A stretch of DNA of 64,000 bases from an uncultured delta proteobacterium (GCA_963804955.1 CAWDSQ010000016.1:32001-96000); one strand, 5' to 3'. Shown: positions 12,990 to 24,117, counted from the stretch's first letter. The notes: a model not told the origin generated them from the letters alone. Numbers and translations: made by a program.

Positions 12990-14512
12990 TTATTTGAACT
13001 CTTTCTTAAATGCATCGCAGGCGGCGCGAAGACCTTCTGCAACATCGCTGGTCAGCTCTTTTTTCGTGCGCAGTGTTTCCATGACGTGTTGCATTGCTTG
13101 AGCGCAGATAGAGCAGAAATTCCTTCTCGAAGGCCTTGACGCGGTTCACGGGAACATCATCGATAAGCCCCTGGCCTGCGGCAAAAATGATGGCGATCTG
13201 GTTTTCGGTTGCAAACGGTTCGTACTGGCCCTGCTTCAGGATTTCGATCAGGCGCTGGCCGCGGTTGATCTGGGCCTGCGTCGATTTGTCGAGCTCGGAA
13301 CCGAATTTCGTGAATGCTTCAAGCTCGCGGAACTGCGCAAGGTCAAGGCGCAGTGAGCCGGCGACCTTTTTCATGGCCTTGCTCTGGGCATTACCACCGA
13401 CGCGGGACACCGAAAGGCCTGCATTGATAGCCGGACCGAACGCCCGCATAAAACAGTTCGCTCTGCAGATAAATCTGGCCGTCGGTAATGGAAATAACAT
13501 TTGTCGGGATATAGGCGGAAAAGTCGCCGGCCTGCGTCTCAACGATAGGCAGGGCCGTGAGCGATCCGCCGCCGAGCTTATCGGAAAGCTTTGCTGAGCG
13601 CTCGAGCAGGCGTGAATGGAGGTTGAAAATATCGCCGGGGAAGGCTTCGCGTCCCGGCGGCCGGCGCAGCAGCAGCGAGACCTGGCGGTAGGCAACCGCG
13701 TGCTTCCACAGATCGTCGTAAATGATCAGCGCATGGCGGCCCGTATCGCGGAACTCCTCGCCCATGGCGGTGCCCGAGTAGGGAGCGATGTACTGCAGCG
13801 GCGCCGCGTCGCTGGCGCTTGCCGATACGATGATCGTATATTTCATGGCATCGTATTTTTCGAGCGTCTCCACCACGCGAAGCACGGTGGACTGCTTCTG
13901 GCCGATGGCGACATATATACAGTAAACCGGATTTCCGGCGTCGAATTCTTTTTTCTGATTGATGATCGTATCGATGCAGATGGCGGTTTTGCCGGTCTGG
14001 CGGTCGCCGATGATAAGTTCGCGCTGGCCGCGACCGATCGGAATCATGGAGTCGATGGCCTTGATGCCGGTCTGCAGCGGTTCCTTAACCGGCTGCCGGC
14101 CCACGACATTGGGGGCGTTGACTTCAATAGGCCGCAGCTTGTCGGTTGAGATCGGGCCCTTGCCGTCGATGGGCTGACCCAGGGCATTGACCACGCGGCC
14201 GAGCATCGCGTCGCCTACCGGCACCGAGATGATCTGGCCGGTGCTGCGAACGATCTGGCCTTCCTTGATCTTTCGGCTTTCACCCAGGAGCACCGCGCCG
14301 ACTGAATCCTCTTCCAGGTTCAGTGCTATGCCGTTCACGCCGCCTTCAAATTCAAGCAGCTCGGAGGATTTGCATTTCTCAAGGCCGTAAATGCGCGCCA
14401 CGCAGTCGCCCACGGTCAGCACCGTGCCGACGCTCTCCATTTTCAGCTGTTCCTGATAATCCGTAATTTCCTTGCGGATGACCGATGTGATTTCTTCTGC
14501 CCGTAGTTCCAA
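12990..14512 (-). CDS. atpA: ATP synthase F1 alpha subunit (frameshifts near 13445 and 13090)
   Basis: [46 protein letters not shown]. Confidence 0.97.
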
Positions 14513-14537
14513 AGTGTAACTCCTTTTAACGAAGTAG

Positions 14538-15102
14538 TTATGCTGCCGATTTGATATTGCCGACTTCTTCCTGCAGGTGCTTGGATAGCCGGCCCAGGCG
14601 GCCTGCGATGCTGCCGTCCAGAATATAGGTGCCGATCATGATCTGCATGCCGCCCAGCAGCGCCGGGTCGACCTTGACCTCGATGATCACCTTTTTATTG
14701 AGCGCCTGCTCAAGCTGCGTTTTCAGCCGCTGCGACCTGATCGGGTGTGGGCTGATAGGCTGCCGTGACTTGCGCGCGCATGATGCCGCGCAGGGCGTCT
14801 GCAGCCTCCCTGAATTGGCCGTAAACCGATGAGAATATGTGCTCGCGCTTTTTCTCGATCACATAATCGATAAAACCGGTCACCACCTCAGGGGCACCAT
14901 CGCCGACTATTTTACGCAGCAGCTTTTTTTTGCGGGCACGGGAGATCGTGGGGTGAAAAAGCAGATTGCGCAAATCCCTGTTTTCCCTGAGTGCCGCGTC
15001 AATGGTTCCCAGCGCCTGCTCGACCGCATCGAGCGTACCCTCGGACTTGGCAGCCTCTATCAAGCCCTGCACATATCGCCGTGTCACGCGCAGCTGGGTC
15101 AC
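14538..15102 (-). CDS. atpH: ATP synthase F1 delta subunit (frameshift near 14730)
   Basis: VTRRYVQGL...; C-terminal VDPALLGGM...ILDGSI in a second frame; operon position. Confidence 0.9.
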
Positions 15103-15106
15103 AGGG

Positions 15107-15609
15107 TTACCCCCCCGATTTTATTGATGGCATCGTCGGTGAGCTTTGCCGCTTCCTTTTCGTCCACTGCCTTGGTCAATGATCTTGCGGGCGATATCAA
15201 CAGAAAGATTCACCACATCCCGGCGAATTTCGGTTATAACCCGTTTTTTCTCCTGCTCGATTTCTGCAAGGCCTCTGTCGCGAATCTGCGCGGCTTCCTG
15301 GCGGGTTTTTTCTATGACTTCCTGACCGGCTTTTTCCGCCCGCTGCGTTGCGCTCTGAACGATAGTTTCAGCCTCCTTGCGAGCCTCCTGAAGCCTTTGC
15401 TCATACTGCAATTTCAGGGAGGAAACCTCATCACGTATCTTCTCATTGGCATCGTAAGCGCCCCGGATTTCATCGGTGCGGCTCTGAATCAGATCCATCA
15501 CGCGGCCGAATAGAAACTTCTTCAGCAGCCAGAACAGAACCATGAAGCCAATGAACTGCGTGAAAAGCACCTTAAAATTTATCTTTAGCGCAGTTAATAA
15601 ATCTTCCAT
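15107..15609 (-). CDS. atpF: ATP synthase Fo b subunit (C-terminal frameshift)
   Basis: N-terminal TM 'QFIGFMVLFWLLKKFLF' then charged coiled coil; operon position. Confidence 0.92.
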
Positions 15610-15707
15610 ATGCTTATATAAAATACTTAAGGTTACTGCATTGCAGCCCTGCCCGGGGAACCCGGACCGGCGCAAGTGCATTTCATGACATCAAAAAAAG
15701 CGGCGTA

Positions 15708-15986
15708 TCAACCCTTGCCGACGATTCTGAACAACTCTGTTGCCTGCTCAAGGTTGGGAAGTTTTCCAAGCAGCAGAATGCCGATAACCAGCGCGTAAAT
15801 GGTCAGCGACTCGATAAGCGCTGCACCGATGATCAGGGTTGTGCGCAGGTTGCCTGCAGCCTCAGGCTGACGGGCGGTGCCCTCAAGTGCGGACGAAACT
15901 GCACGGCCGATGCCGGCGCCGCCGCCAAGAGCCGCAAGACCGATACCCATACAAATGCCTAAACCGATAAGACCGAAATAAATCAT
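15708..15986 (-). CDS. atpE: ATP synthase Fo c subunit
   Basis: GxGxG motif, ARQPE loop, conserved Glu in IESLTIY. Confidence 0.97.
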   Translation of the reverse strand: MIYFGLIGLGICMGIGLAALGGGAGIGRAVSSALEGTARQPEAAGNLRTTLIIGAALIESLTIYALVIGILLLGKLPNLEQATELFRIVGKG

Positions 15987-16061
15987 GCTGTAACCTCCTT
16001 AAAACGTTGTGGTTTGTTTATTTATTTCTCGTTGAGCCTGTAGCCGGACTACTATTGACTA

Positions 16062-16928
16062 TTAATGATGATCATCCCCCTGCGCGCCAATGGCTTCGCT
16101 GAGATAGATCGTTGACAGCAAAGTAAAAATGGTTGCCTGAATCGTGCTGAACAGCAGCGCCATAAGCACCATAATCAGATGCACCGGCACCGGTATAAAG
16201 CCGAACAGAAACGGCGTCATGATGACCAGCAGGGCAATGGTCAGATCCTCACCGGTAAGATTGCCGAAAAGACGGACAGAGAGGGATATGGGTCGCACGA
16301 GCTCCCCGATGAGATGAATCGGCAGCATGAGCGGCGCCATGAACAGGGGCTCAGCAAAATGCTTGAAATACTTTAGACCCCGGATTCGAACGGCTTCGAA
16401 ATTATAGAAAACAAAAACCGGCAGGGCCATGCTGAGCGTTACATTTATTCTATTGGTAGGAGAATGAAGAAGGGGAATAAGCCCCATGAGATTCATGAGA
16501 AGAATATAGAGAAACAGGGTACCGAGAAATCCGAAATAGCGCCGCGTATACGGCCCGAGCATTTCCCCGAGAAAATTATACAGCCCCTCGACTACAATCT
16601 CGGCAAATGCCTGGGAGCCGCGGGGGATTTTCTCCAGGCGCCGGGTTGCCCACAGCGAAAAACTGACCAGCACAAAGCCGACCAGAATGCACATGATAGT
16701 CGGAATCCAGTCTTCAAGGGATACGCCGAAAACAGGGTCATGGTAGTGCTCAAGAAATTCTTTGGGGTGAGCGCCGCCTAAAAGATGGAAAAAGGAGGGA
16801 AGTTCAAGCTCTTGATGCTCGGTGGCGGGAGCCGGGTTCTTGCTCATCTGATAGGAAAGAACAAATGAGGCAATCACCACAATCCATGCCAGGCCGGAAG
16901 TGATTTTCGATCGAAGAGAACCCTTCAT
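16062..16928 (-). CDS. atpB: ATP synthase Fo a subunit
   Basis: NLMGLIP, RPISLSVRLFGN, IQATIFTLL. Confidence 0.97.
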   Translation of the reverse strand: MKGSLRSKITSGLAWIVVIASFVLSYQMSKNPAPATEHQELELPSFFHLLGGAHPKEFLEHYHDPVFGVSLEDWIPTIMCILVGFVLVSFSLWATRRLEKIPRGSQAFAEIVVEGLYNFLGEMLGPYTRRYFGFLGTLFLYILLMNLMGLIPLLHSPTNRINVTLSMALPVFVFYNFEAVRIRGLKYFKHFAEPLFMAPLMLPIHLIGELVRPISLSVRLFGNLTGEDLTIALLVIMTPFLFGFIPVPVHLIMVLMALLFSTIQATIFTLLSTIYLSEAIGAQGDDHH

Positions 16929-16959
16929 TGAAACATCCTTGAAAAGACTTTATTAACCG

Positions 16960-17375
16960 TCAATGCTTTTTAAAAAGTTTATTCAGTGCTGCCACCAGTA
17001 TTGCGATCTGCGTAATAGCTATGCCGACTATCAGCGAGGAAGGCCTGATTCCACCCGGCATATATTTGAAAGCAAGCCACAGACCCACACCAAGAACAGG
17101 AAACTTCAGAACAAAAACATGGAGCGCGATGACCGCCATGAGGGGATTTGTCTGCTCCTTGCGCTTGTCCTTCACGATGACATTTACGCACCACCAGGCA
17201 ACAAGGAAAAAGCTGATACTCCGGCAAGAGACCCGACGATAAGACCGTTGGTGACAGCCCTGTCCCCTTCAAAAGCAGATACAAGAATCAGGGCCAGAGC
17301 GATGAGGATAGATAAAAAAAAACTCTTCTTGGGGTATCTAATACCATTTTTATCTTTCCGTAGAGGCTTTTCAAT
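16960..17375 (-). CDS. atpI: ATP synthase accessory membrane protein AtpI (frameshifted; start approximate)
   Basis: Several hydrophobic segments across frames, directly upstream of atpB. Confidence 0.6.
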
Positions 17376-17635
17376 TATGACTCACATCACCTTTTTTCCC
17401 GGCTTGTTTATCGCTTACAGCCTTGGTTTCCTGAACAAACTTGAAAAAAGCGCCTAGCCATAAACAGCAAAACCAGCACCACCATGAACCAGGGAGCGGT
17501 ACCGAGCTTACCGTCGATGTAATTACCCAGATAATACCCCATCAGGATACAGGCGCCCATCGTGAGGCCGAAACTCCCGATGTGGGAAACCGACTTGATG
17601 ACATTAGAAAGATCTTTTTTTGTATCAGGTTTCAT
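17374..17635 (-). CDS. AtpZ/AtpI-family small membrane protein (C-terminal frameshift)
   Basis: 'GYYLGNYIDGKLGTAPWF' signature of the AtpZ/AtpI (gene 1) family. Confidence 0.8.
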
Positions 17636-17650
17636 ACCTAATTTCTTAGT

Positions 17651-17679
17651 ATGCTAAAGAAAAACCCCTGTAAAGTCAA
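17651..17679 (-). promoter_or_regulatory. Putative sigma-70 promoter of the atp operon
   Basis: TTGACT-N17-TAGCAT on minus strand; -35 lies inside a CTGTAAA-N10-TTTACAG palindrome. Confidence 0.5.
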
Positions 17680-17763
17680 GAAAATTTACAGTGTCAAATT
17701 GTCACTTTCCTAAAACAAATTTTTAAATAAAAATATTTTTAAGAAAAATTTTTATGCAAAAAA

Positions 17764-18402
17764 TTAGAAACTGATTCTGGACTTTCGGCGATTGCGCAGG
17801 CCCTGCAGCCACATGCCGATAATAAAACCGCACAAAACTGCAGCAGCGCCGAAAATAAACCACATAAGCCGCGTATTCTGCGCAAGAGTTTCATTCTCTT
17901 TTGTCAGCTGTGCTGTGATCTCTTTCTGTACCGCAACCTCCTGCTGCGCCTTTTCGATCTCTGCACGCGCTTTTATATAATCGGCGCAGCCGGCTTTCAG
18001 TGCTTCAAAGGCAGCCTCATCTTCTTTCATCTTCAGTGCCTGCTGATTGCGCAGAGTTTCTAAACCTGCCTTTTCCTCTCGAAGCCGGGTCAGCTCTTCC
18101 TGTGCGCTTTTATTCTTTTCCTTCAGCTTTTCACTATCCGCTGGCGGGGCTGCTGTCAGATAGCGCGTATGCAGCCATCCCTCCGTGCCGTTTGCAAGCC
18201 TGATTTGTGCATATTCGTCTTCCGTTGAGAGCACCTCAACCGTATCGCCGGTGCGGACCATGCCCAGCACTTTCGAGCCTGCGGCAAGCCCCTTGCCTGA
18301 GCGCACAGACGCCTCTATCCTGTCGGTAATATACATCGTTTCGGCACCGACAAATGCCGGAAGCATAAAAAGTACCGCTGCTGTCAACAATCCTTTTATC
18401 AT
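17764..18402 (-). CDS. SH3-domain coiled-coil membrane protein (TIGR04211/YgiM-like)
   Basis: Signal peptide, YITD...VRSG...GTEGWLHTRYL SH3b, coiled coil, C-terminal TM with basic tail. Confidence 0.85.
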   Translation of the reverse strand: MIKGLLTAAVLFMLPAFVGAETMYITDRIEASVRSGKGLAAGSKVLGMVRTGDTVEVLSTEDEYAQIRLANGTEGWLHTRYLTAAPPADSEKLKEKNKSAQEELTRLREEKAGLETLRNQQALKMKEDEAAFEALKAGCADYIKARAEIEKAQQEVAVQKEITAQLTKENETLAQNTRLMWFIFGAAAVLCGFIIGMWLQGLRNRRKSRISF

Positions 18403-18689
18403 AGTGCCTCCTGATATCATTCAAAACAAATCAGAATATACAGAAATTTAGAGGCTAGCACAATTTAATAAATTTTAAAAACTTTTAGCCCCAAAAAAAT
18501 AAGTTTAACAGCATTCCAGGGCCTGCGCTACAGAATACGCAAGCACCGGAAGTGCGGACTTTCACCCTCTCCCTCACATAAAAATGCCGCCCTGTTTGCC
18601 GTTAAGTAATTTACCAATAATTTTTTTTATGCTACATATTCCTACACGTACACCACACCGGCAAATCTCAAGCTTAAGAGCCCTGCATC

Positions 18690-19745
18690 ATGCCTATCAA
18701 AATACTTTCACCACTGAGCACCGTTGAGGAAACCGAGCCCCTTATCAAGGCCGGGGCCGGTGAATTCTACTGCGGCGTGCTGCCCGAAGACTGGCGTGAA
18801 AACTACTCCGTGGCCGCATCGCTGAATCGCCGCCAGGAGGATACGCCAGTCTACAACACATCGCCCCATTTTAAAAGCTTTCAGGAGCTGGAGCAAAGCG
18901 TTGCCATTGCCCACCGGCATAATGTGCCCGTGGCTATTACGCTCAATGAGCATTATTACAGCCAGGGCCAGTACCCCTATCTCATCAAGTATATCGAGCG
19001 GGCTCTCGCGGCAGGGGTTGATACCTTTATTGTAGGAGATATCGGCATAATCCTGACTATTCTTGACATGAATCCGCGGGTAAAAATTCACATAAGCACG
19101 GCAGGCACGGCGTTCAATTCATCCTCCGTACATTTTTACCGCGACCTTGGCGCCTCACGCGTTATTCTGCCCCGCCATCTCTCCCTGGAGGAAATCGGCG
19201 AGGTGGCCGCGCACACCAGCGGCATCGAGCTTGAAACTTTCATCCTCAATTCGCGCTGCGCCAATGTGGACGGTTTCTGCACGTTTCAGCACGGCCTTGC
19301 AGATTTTGTCCCCGAAGGTCAGGACAAGCGCGACTATGAAAACGCCTGCATGATGCTGTATAAGATCACCGCCGCCGTCAAGGGCCTGCCGGATGCAGAG
19401 GCGGAACAGGTTCTGCGGGAGAAGGTTTCAATGGAACGGCAGCATTTCTGGTCTGCCTGCCATATCGACGACCGGCCCTGCGGCGCCTGCTCGCTCTATG
19501 AGTTCGAGCAGATGGGCCTTGTCGGGGTAAAGATTGTGGGCCGGGGCAATATAACCGAGCGAAAAGTCAAAGATGTGCAGTTCCTGCAGCAGGCGCTGGA
19601 CTATCTGTATAATCAAAAGCCCTCGAAAAAGCAGTTCCGCTCGCTTGTGCAGAATCTCTACAAAAAGCTGTATAACAGCCCCTGTCTGATTTTTAAATGC
19701 TATTACCCTTCCGTGCTGTTGGACGAAACAGCGCGGGAGCCTTAA
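18690..19745 (+). CDS. U32 family protein (Fe-S, O2-independent hydroxylase-like)
   Basis: ILSP...AGAGEFYCG, HISTAG, GASRVILPRHLSLEEI, Cys cluster, KIVGRG. Confidence 0.85.
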   Translation: MPIKILSPLSTVEETEPLIKAGAGEFYCGVLPEDWRENYSVAASLNRRQEDTPVYNTSPHFKSFQELEQSVAIAHRHNVPVAITLNEHYYSQGQYPYLIKYIERALAAGVDTFIVGDIGIILTILDMNPRVKIHISTAGTAFNSSSVHFYRDLGASRVILPRHLSLEEIGEVAAHTSGIELETFILNSRCANVDGFCTFQHGLADFVPEGQDKRDYENACMMLYKITAAVKGLPDAEAEQVLREKVSMERQHFWSACHIDDRPCGACSLYEFEQMGLVGVKIVGRGNITERKVKDVQFLQQALDYLYNQKPSKKQFRSLVQNLYKKLYNSPCLIFKCYYPSVLLDETAREP

Positions 19746-19776
19746 ACGATCTGCATGTAAAAGAGGGAGGTTCGCC

Positions 19777-20403
19777 ATGATTGAAACACTGCTGAATAAA
19801 ATCCACTGGCTGGGTCATGATGGCTTTCGGATCGAGGCGTCAAAGGTGATCTGCCTTGACCCGTATCAGATAAAATCCACAGTACCGGCCGACATTATAC
19901 TGGTGAGCCACGACCATTTTGATCACTGCTCGCCCGATGACATACAAAAGATTCTAAAAAAAGATACTGTCATTATCACCGACAAGGCTTCTGCGGGCAA
20001 GCTTACGGGTGATGTTCGCGTTGTACAGCCCGGCGACAGGCTGACCGTTCAGGGCGTCGAAATTGAAATTGTTCCCGCATACAACACCAACAAGCAGTTT
20101 CACCCCAAATCAGACGGCAAGCTGGGCTTCATCATCACACTTGACGGCGCGCGCGTGTATCATGCGGGCGATACGGACTTTATACCCGAGATGAAAAAAA
20201 TCAAGGCTGACATAGCCCTGCTGCCGGTCTCGGGAACCTACGTGATGACGGCCGATGAGGCTGTGGAGGCCGCCCTTGCCATAAACCCGAAGTTTGCCAT
20301 CCCCATGCACTACGGCGCCATTGTGGGGAGCGAGTCGGACGCCAAACAATTTGCCGACAAGCTGAAAGGCAAAATTGAAGTAAAAATTCTTCCGCAGGAG
20401 TGA
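19777..20403 (+). CDS. MBL-fold metallo-hydrolase (UPF0173/Lactamase_B_3-like)
   Basis: WLGHDGF, SHDHFDH, YHAGDT, PMHYG. Confidence 0.9.
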   Translation: MIETLLNKIHWLGHDGFRIEASKVICLDPYQIKSTVPADIILVSHDHFDHCSPDDIQKILKKDTVIITDKASAGKLTGDVRVVQPGDRLTVQGVEIEIVPAYNTNKQFHPKSDGKLGFIITLDGARVYHAGDTDFIPEMKKIKADIALLPVSGTYVMTADEAVEAALAINPKFAIPMHYGAIVGSESDAKQFADKLKGKIEVKILPQE

Positions 20404-20461
20404 GCGCCCCTCTGGGCTGAAATGGCGTCCGGCACAATACGGCGTCTAATAGGGCGAAACA

Positions 20462-20540
20462 GAGATCCTTCGCAGAGCTCAGGATGACCGCTAATACCAT
20501 ATGTCATTCTGAACGAAGCGCAAGCGCAGTAAAGAATCTC
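20462..20540. repeat. GTCATT/C-type intergenic palindromic repeat pair
   Basis: GAGATCCTTCG...CTCAGGATGAC and GTCATTCTGAACGAAG...AAGAATCTC; related copies near 22455 and 53208. Confidence 0.55.
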
Positions 20541-20573
20541 TGTTTAAATGGACACCGAAGCTGACAGGAAGCA

Positions 20574-21506
20574 ATGGAACCACGCTATCTAAAACTTTTT
20601 CACGAAGGTACGCTGCAGCAGCGCATCCATGACGCTCTTGCGCTGCTTGAGTGCTGCGAACTCTGCCCACGGCGATGCAGGGTAAACCGCCTTGAGAATG
20701 AAAAGGGCGTCTGCCGAACGGGCCGTCATGCCATGGTGTCAAGCTCCGGCCCGCACTTCGGCGAAGAGGCCGTGCTTTCCGGCCGGTTCGGCTCGGGCGC
20801 CATCTTCTTCACCGGGTGCAATCTGCAGTGCGTCTTCTGCCAGAACTATGACATCAGCCATGAAGGCCAGGGCGAAGAATTCACTGCGGAGCAGCTTGCG
20901 GACATCATGATCGGCCTTCAGAACAAAGGCGTGCACAATATAAATTTTGTCAGCCCCTCCCATGTGGTTCCGCAGATCCTCGAAGCACTACCGCTTGCCA
21001 TAGAAAAGGGCTTACACATTCCCCTGGTCTACAACACCGGCGGCTATGATCTTGTGGAGACGCTCAGGCTTCTTGAAGGCATCATCGACATCTACATGCC
21101 CGACTATAAATTCTCACAGGACATACCGGCTCTCTTCTACTGCAAGGCGCCTGATTATCCCGGGGTGGTCCAGTCCGCGCTGCGCGAAATGCACCGGCAG
21201 GTGGGCGATCTTGAAATGAACGACAGCAACCGTGCCGTGCGCGGGCTGCTCGTGCGGCACCTGGTCATGCCCGGCGGTCTGGCGGGCACGCAAAAAGCCA
21301 TGAAATTCCTCGCGGATGAAATCTCTCATTTTACCTATGTCAATATTATGGATCAGTACCACCCTTGCGGCGAGGCTGAGAAATTTCCCGAGCTCAACCG
21401 CAGCATAACCCCCGCAGAATATGAAGAGGCGCTTGAGGCTGCCCGCAACGCAGGCCTGACCCGGCTCGACAACCGCCAGCGGCCGATACTTCTGCACTGG
21501 CGTTAG
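20574..21506 (+). CDS. Radical SAM protein, PflX family
   Basis: CELCPRRC N-terminal cluster, CNLQCVFCQN, YNTGGYD, VRHLVMPG. Confidence 0.9.
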   Translation: MEPRYLKLFHEGTLQQRIHDALALLECCELCPRRCRVNRLENEKGVCRTGRHAMVSSSGPHFGEEAVLSGRFGSGAIFFTGCNLQCVFCQNYDISHEGQGEEFTAEQLADIMIGLQNKGVHNINFVSPSHVVPQILEALPLAIEKGLHIPLVYNTGGYDLVETLRLLEGIIDIYMPDYKFSQDIPALFYCKAPDYPGVVQSALREMHRQVGDLEMNDSNRAVRGLLVRHLVMPGGLAGTQKAMKFLADEISHFTYVNIMDQYHPCGEAEKFPELNRSITPAEYEEALEAARNAGLTRLDNRQRPILLHWR

Positions 21507-21518
21507 CAAGCGGCCTCA

Positions 21519-22451
21519 ATGCGATACTTTTCCTTCAACACCTATCTCAAGCAGCTCTTTGGCGAGCGCGTACAAAAGGTAACGCTCGACGCAGGCCTTA
21601 CCTGCCCTAACCGCGACGGCACCCGGGGCACGGACGGCTGCATCTACTGCGATGCGAAAGGTTCGGGAACCGGCGCACATGCCGCCATGCCCGACCTTGC
21701 CGAACAGGCCCGCGCTGGCATGGAAAAGCTTGGGCGGCGCTACAAGGCACGCAAGTTCATCGTTTACTTCCAGTCTTTCTGCAATACCTATGCGCCGATT
21801 GATAAACTGAAAACAATGTACGATCAGGCTCTCTGTATTCCCGGCGTGGTTGGTTTATCTGTTGCCACGCGGCCTGATTGCCTCAGCCCGGCTGTGCTTG
21901 AACTGCTTGCGGGCTATGCGGAACGCCTTACTGTCTGGCTTGAACTGGGGCTCCAAAGTATGCATGATGCAACGCTTGAGCGCATCAACCGGGGCCATAC
22001 GTATAAAGAGTTTCTCGACGGGTATCTGATGGCGCGGGACTATCCGCTCAATATCTGCCTGCATATGATTATCGGTCTGCCAGGCGAGGGCCGGCAGGAG
22101 GTGCAAGCCACGGCCCGCGAAATCGCCCGACTTAAACCCGAAGGGTTAAAAATTCACTCGCTCTTTATACCCCGCGGCACAGCGCTGGAAAAACTGTACC
22201 ACGATGGCGGCTATGAGCCGCTTTCGCAGGAGGAGTTTGTAGAGCAGGCCTGCGACGTCCTTGAAATCATCCCGCCAGGCACAGTCATTCAGCGCCTCAC
22301 CGGCGACCCAGACCGCCGCGAGCTTGTTGCTCCGCAGTGGTCTCTGCAGAAAAATGAAACAATTAAAATGATAGAAACGGAGCTAAAAACGCGCGGCAGC
22401 AGGCAGGGGAAGCTCTGGCTTCTCAAGCATGCGAAATGTAAGCACTGTTGA
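21519..22451 (+). CDS. Radical SAM protein, YhcC/TIGR01212 family
   Basis: CPNRDGT...GCIYC, YFQSFCNTY, TRPDC, ELGLQS, QRLTGD. Confidence 0.92.
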   Translation: MRYFSFNTYLKQLFGERVQKVTLDAGLTCPNRDGTRGTDGCIYCDAKGSGTGAHAAMPDLAEQARAGMEKLGRRYKARKFIVYFQSFCNTYAPIDKLKTMYDQALCIPGVVGLSVATRPDCLSPAVLELLAGYAERLTVWLELGLQSMHDATLERINRGHTYKEFLDGYLMARDYPLNICLHMIIGLPGEGRQEVQATAREIARLKPEGLKIHSLFIPRGTALEKLYHDGGYEPLSQEEFVEQACDVLEIIPPGTVIQRLTGDPDRRELVAPQWSLQKNETIKMIETELKTRGSRQGKLWLLKHAKCKHC

Positions 22452-22611
22452 TTTGTCATTCCGGGCGCAGGAAGGAATCTTATAGTTACAAAAATCACGA
22501 CACCCTTCACTGCGTTCAGGGGTACAAGTTAAAACTTTCCGGACAGGCTCTTAGCGTATTTGGCTTTATTTTTTGCACATTCTCCGGAGCAAGAAAGCTG
22601 CAGTATCCGGC

Positions 22612-22980
22612 TTAAGAAAACTTATACATGCCGTACAGGAAGGCCACAAACGAGATGAACCAGCCGATCTCGCTTGCGGCAATAAGGTTGTGGTAAAGAT
22701 TGAGCCGCTGCTTGCGGCGCATGAAAAGGGCGGTAAAAAAAAGTATCCAGACGCACAGCCCTGAGGCAATGGCAAAGATGAGCATAGCGTTGAAGGTTTT
22801 TATATCCGCACCTATGCTTTTCACGCCGAACATGGGCAAAAAGCTCAGAAGCATATCAAGGGAAATACCTGCCAGCATGATCCGCACGGCAGCCTTGCTC
22901 CCGTTGTCGCGAAACGATTTTGCCGCTCCTGCCAGAAAAACGCAGTAGGCAACTATCGACAATATTCCCATCGGCGTCAT
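22612..22980 (-). CDS. Small four-TM membrane protein of unknown function
   Basis: Four hydrophobic segments; AAGGA RBS upstream. Confidence 0.55.
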   Translation of the reverse strand: MTPMGILSIVAYCVFLAGAAKSFRDNGSKAAVRIMLAGISLDMLLSFLPMFGVKSIGADIKTFNAMLIFAIASGLCVWILFFTALFMRRKQRLNLYHNLIAASEIGWFISFVAFLYGMYKFS

Positions 22981-23015
22981 AGACATTCCTTTTTGAAAAT
23001 CTGTTGTTTGCACTA

Positions 23016-23074
23016 GTAGGGGCGCACCTGTGTGTGCGCCCTTGTGATGGGCAGACACGCAGGTCTGCCCCTAC
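23016..23074. repeat. Inverted doublet of GTAG-tagged REP palindromes (REPIN/BIME-like)
   Basis: GTAGGGGCGCACCTGTGTGTGCGCCC-TTGTGAT-GGGCAGACACGCAGGTCTGCCCCTAC. Confidence 0.8.
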
Positions 23075-23158
23075 GGATTCATGCTCCATGGTGAAATAAA
23101 AAATTTTTCTTTTGAGTATCCCGTATGCAGAAAAAAGTCAAGCCGGGCATCAGCCCAT

Positions 23159-23188
23159 AAAAAAAGCCGCCCGAAGGCGGCTTTTTTT
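23159..23188. terminator. Bidirectional intrinsic terminator
   Basis: AAAAAAAGCCGCC-CGAA-GGCGGCTTTTTTT. Confidence 0.85.
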
Positions 23189-23241
23189 GTACTCCTCTTT
23201 CCCCTGTTAGAAACGATACTGGTGCTTGTTCACATATTCGG

Positions 23242-24117
23242 TCACATCAACTTCCTTCGGCTCTTCGCCAAGCATGGTAATCGTGACCAGATCGTGTCGC
23301 AGGTGCCGTCGCCGTAGTCGATGATGGCATCAAACTCTTCAACAGTATTCACGAGATGCACGGTGCCTGATGTGGGCATGGGGCAGGAAAGCTGCTGCGT
23401 GACATTGTCGAAATCCATGGCATAGGTGTTGCCGTCTTCATCGGTATAGGTTGCGCTGCCGTTGATGACCAGCGCCGGCTCGATGCTGTCATTGTCGCAA
23501 TGCAGATAGAAACACAGGGCATCGCTCAGATCTATTTCGGCCGTAAGATTATCATACACAATGCTGCGCGTGCGGCCATCGGCATGGGTGGTGGTCATGT
23601 CGCCGTCGATAAAAGCATAAGGCCCGTCTTGCCCGACATACAGCAACTGATGAATGGAGCCGTTGGTTACCAGGCCTTCCATGGTCAGATTATCAACCGT
23701 CAGTTCAGTTTCAAGATAAAGCTTAAGCTCTTCATCAAGCTTTACAACCCACTGCCCGTTCACCGTGCCTGACATGGCAATGCCATTCACAATGCACTCT
23801 GGGGCATATGCGATCGTAATATTTTGTGTAAAAACAGCGGGGAGAGTACTTGCTTGCCATTGCAAGGTGATTAACGGGCAACCGGTCAGGGCAGCCATCG
23901 TCTGCACACCACCGTCTTGTTCTGCCGATGAATCGGATTGTGCGCCAAACAGGGCACCCATCGGATTTGTCATCATCATTGAGTTCACCACCGCTCCGGT
24001 GGCAACCGAAAGCTTATGTTTTTTTTCAAGGGCTTTTTTGCATCCGCCCAGAGCAAGGCCGGCAAAGCACAGCGCAACAATCATCAGACAACTGCATAGT
24101 TTTTCATAACGTTTCAT
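23242..24117 (-). CDS. Putative lipoprotein, beta-rich, Cys-containing; C-terminus probably frameshifted
   Basis: Lipobox LGGC; 'IDYGDGTCD' motif near the end; RBS GGAGG. Confidence 0.65.
   Translation of the reverse strand: MKRYEKLCSCLMIVALCFAGLALGGCKKALEKKHKLSVATGAVVNSMMMTNPMGALFGAQSDSSAEQDGGVQTMAALTGCPLITLQWQASTLPAVFTQNITIAYAPECIVNGIAMSGTVNGQWVVKLDEELKLYLETELTVDNLTMEGLVTNGSIHQLLYVGQDGPYAFIDGDMTTTHADGRTRSIVYDNLTAEIDLSDALCFYLHCDNDSIEPALVINGSATYTDEDGNTYAMDFDNVTQQLSCPMPTSGTVHLVNTVEEFDAIIDYGDGTCDTIWSRLPCLAKSRRKLM

Noticed and set aside
18530..18605. GGTGAAAGTCCG on the minus strand resembling cobalamin/FMN riboswitch cores
   Set aside because: Isolated motif only; no B12 box or flanking conserved stems.
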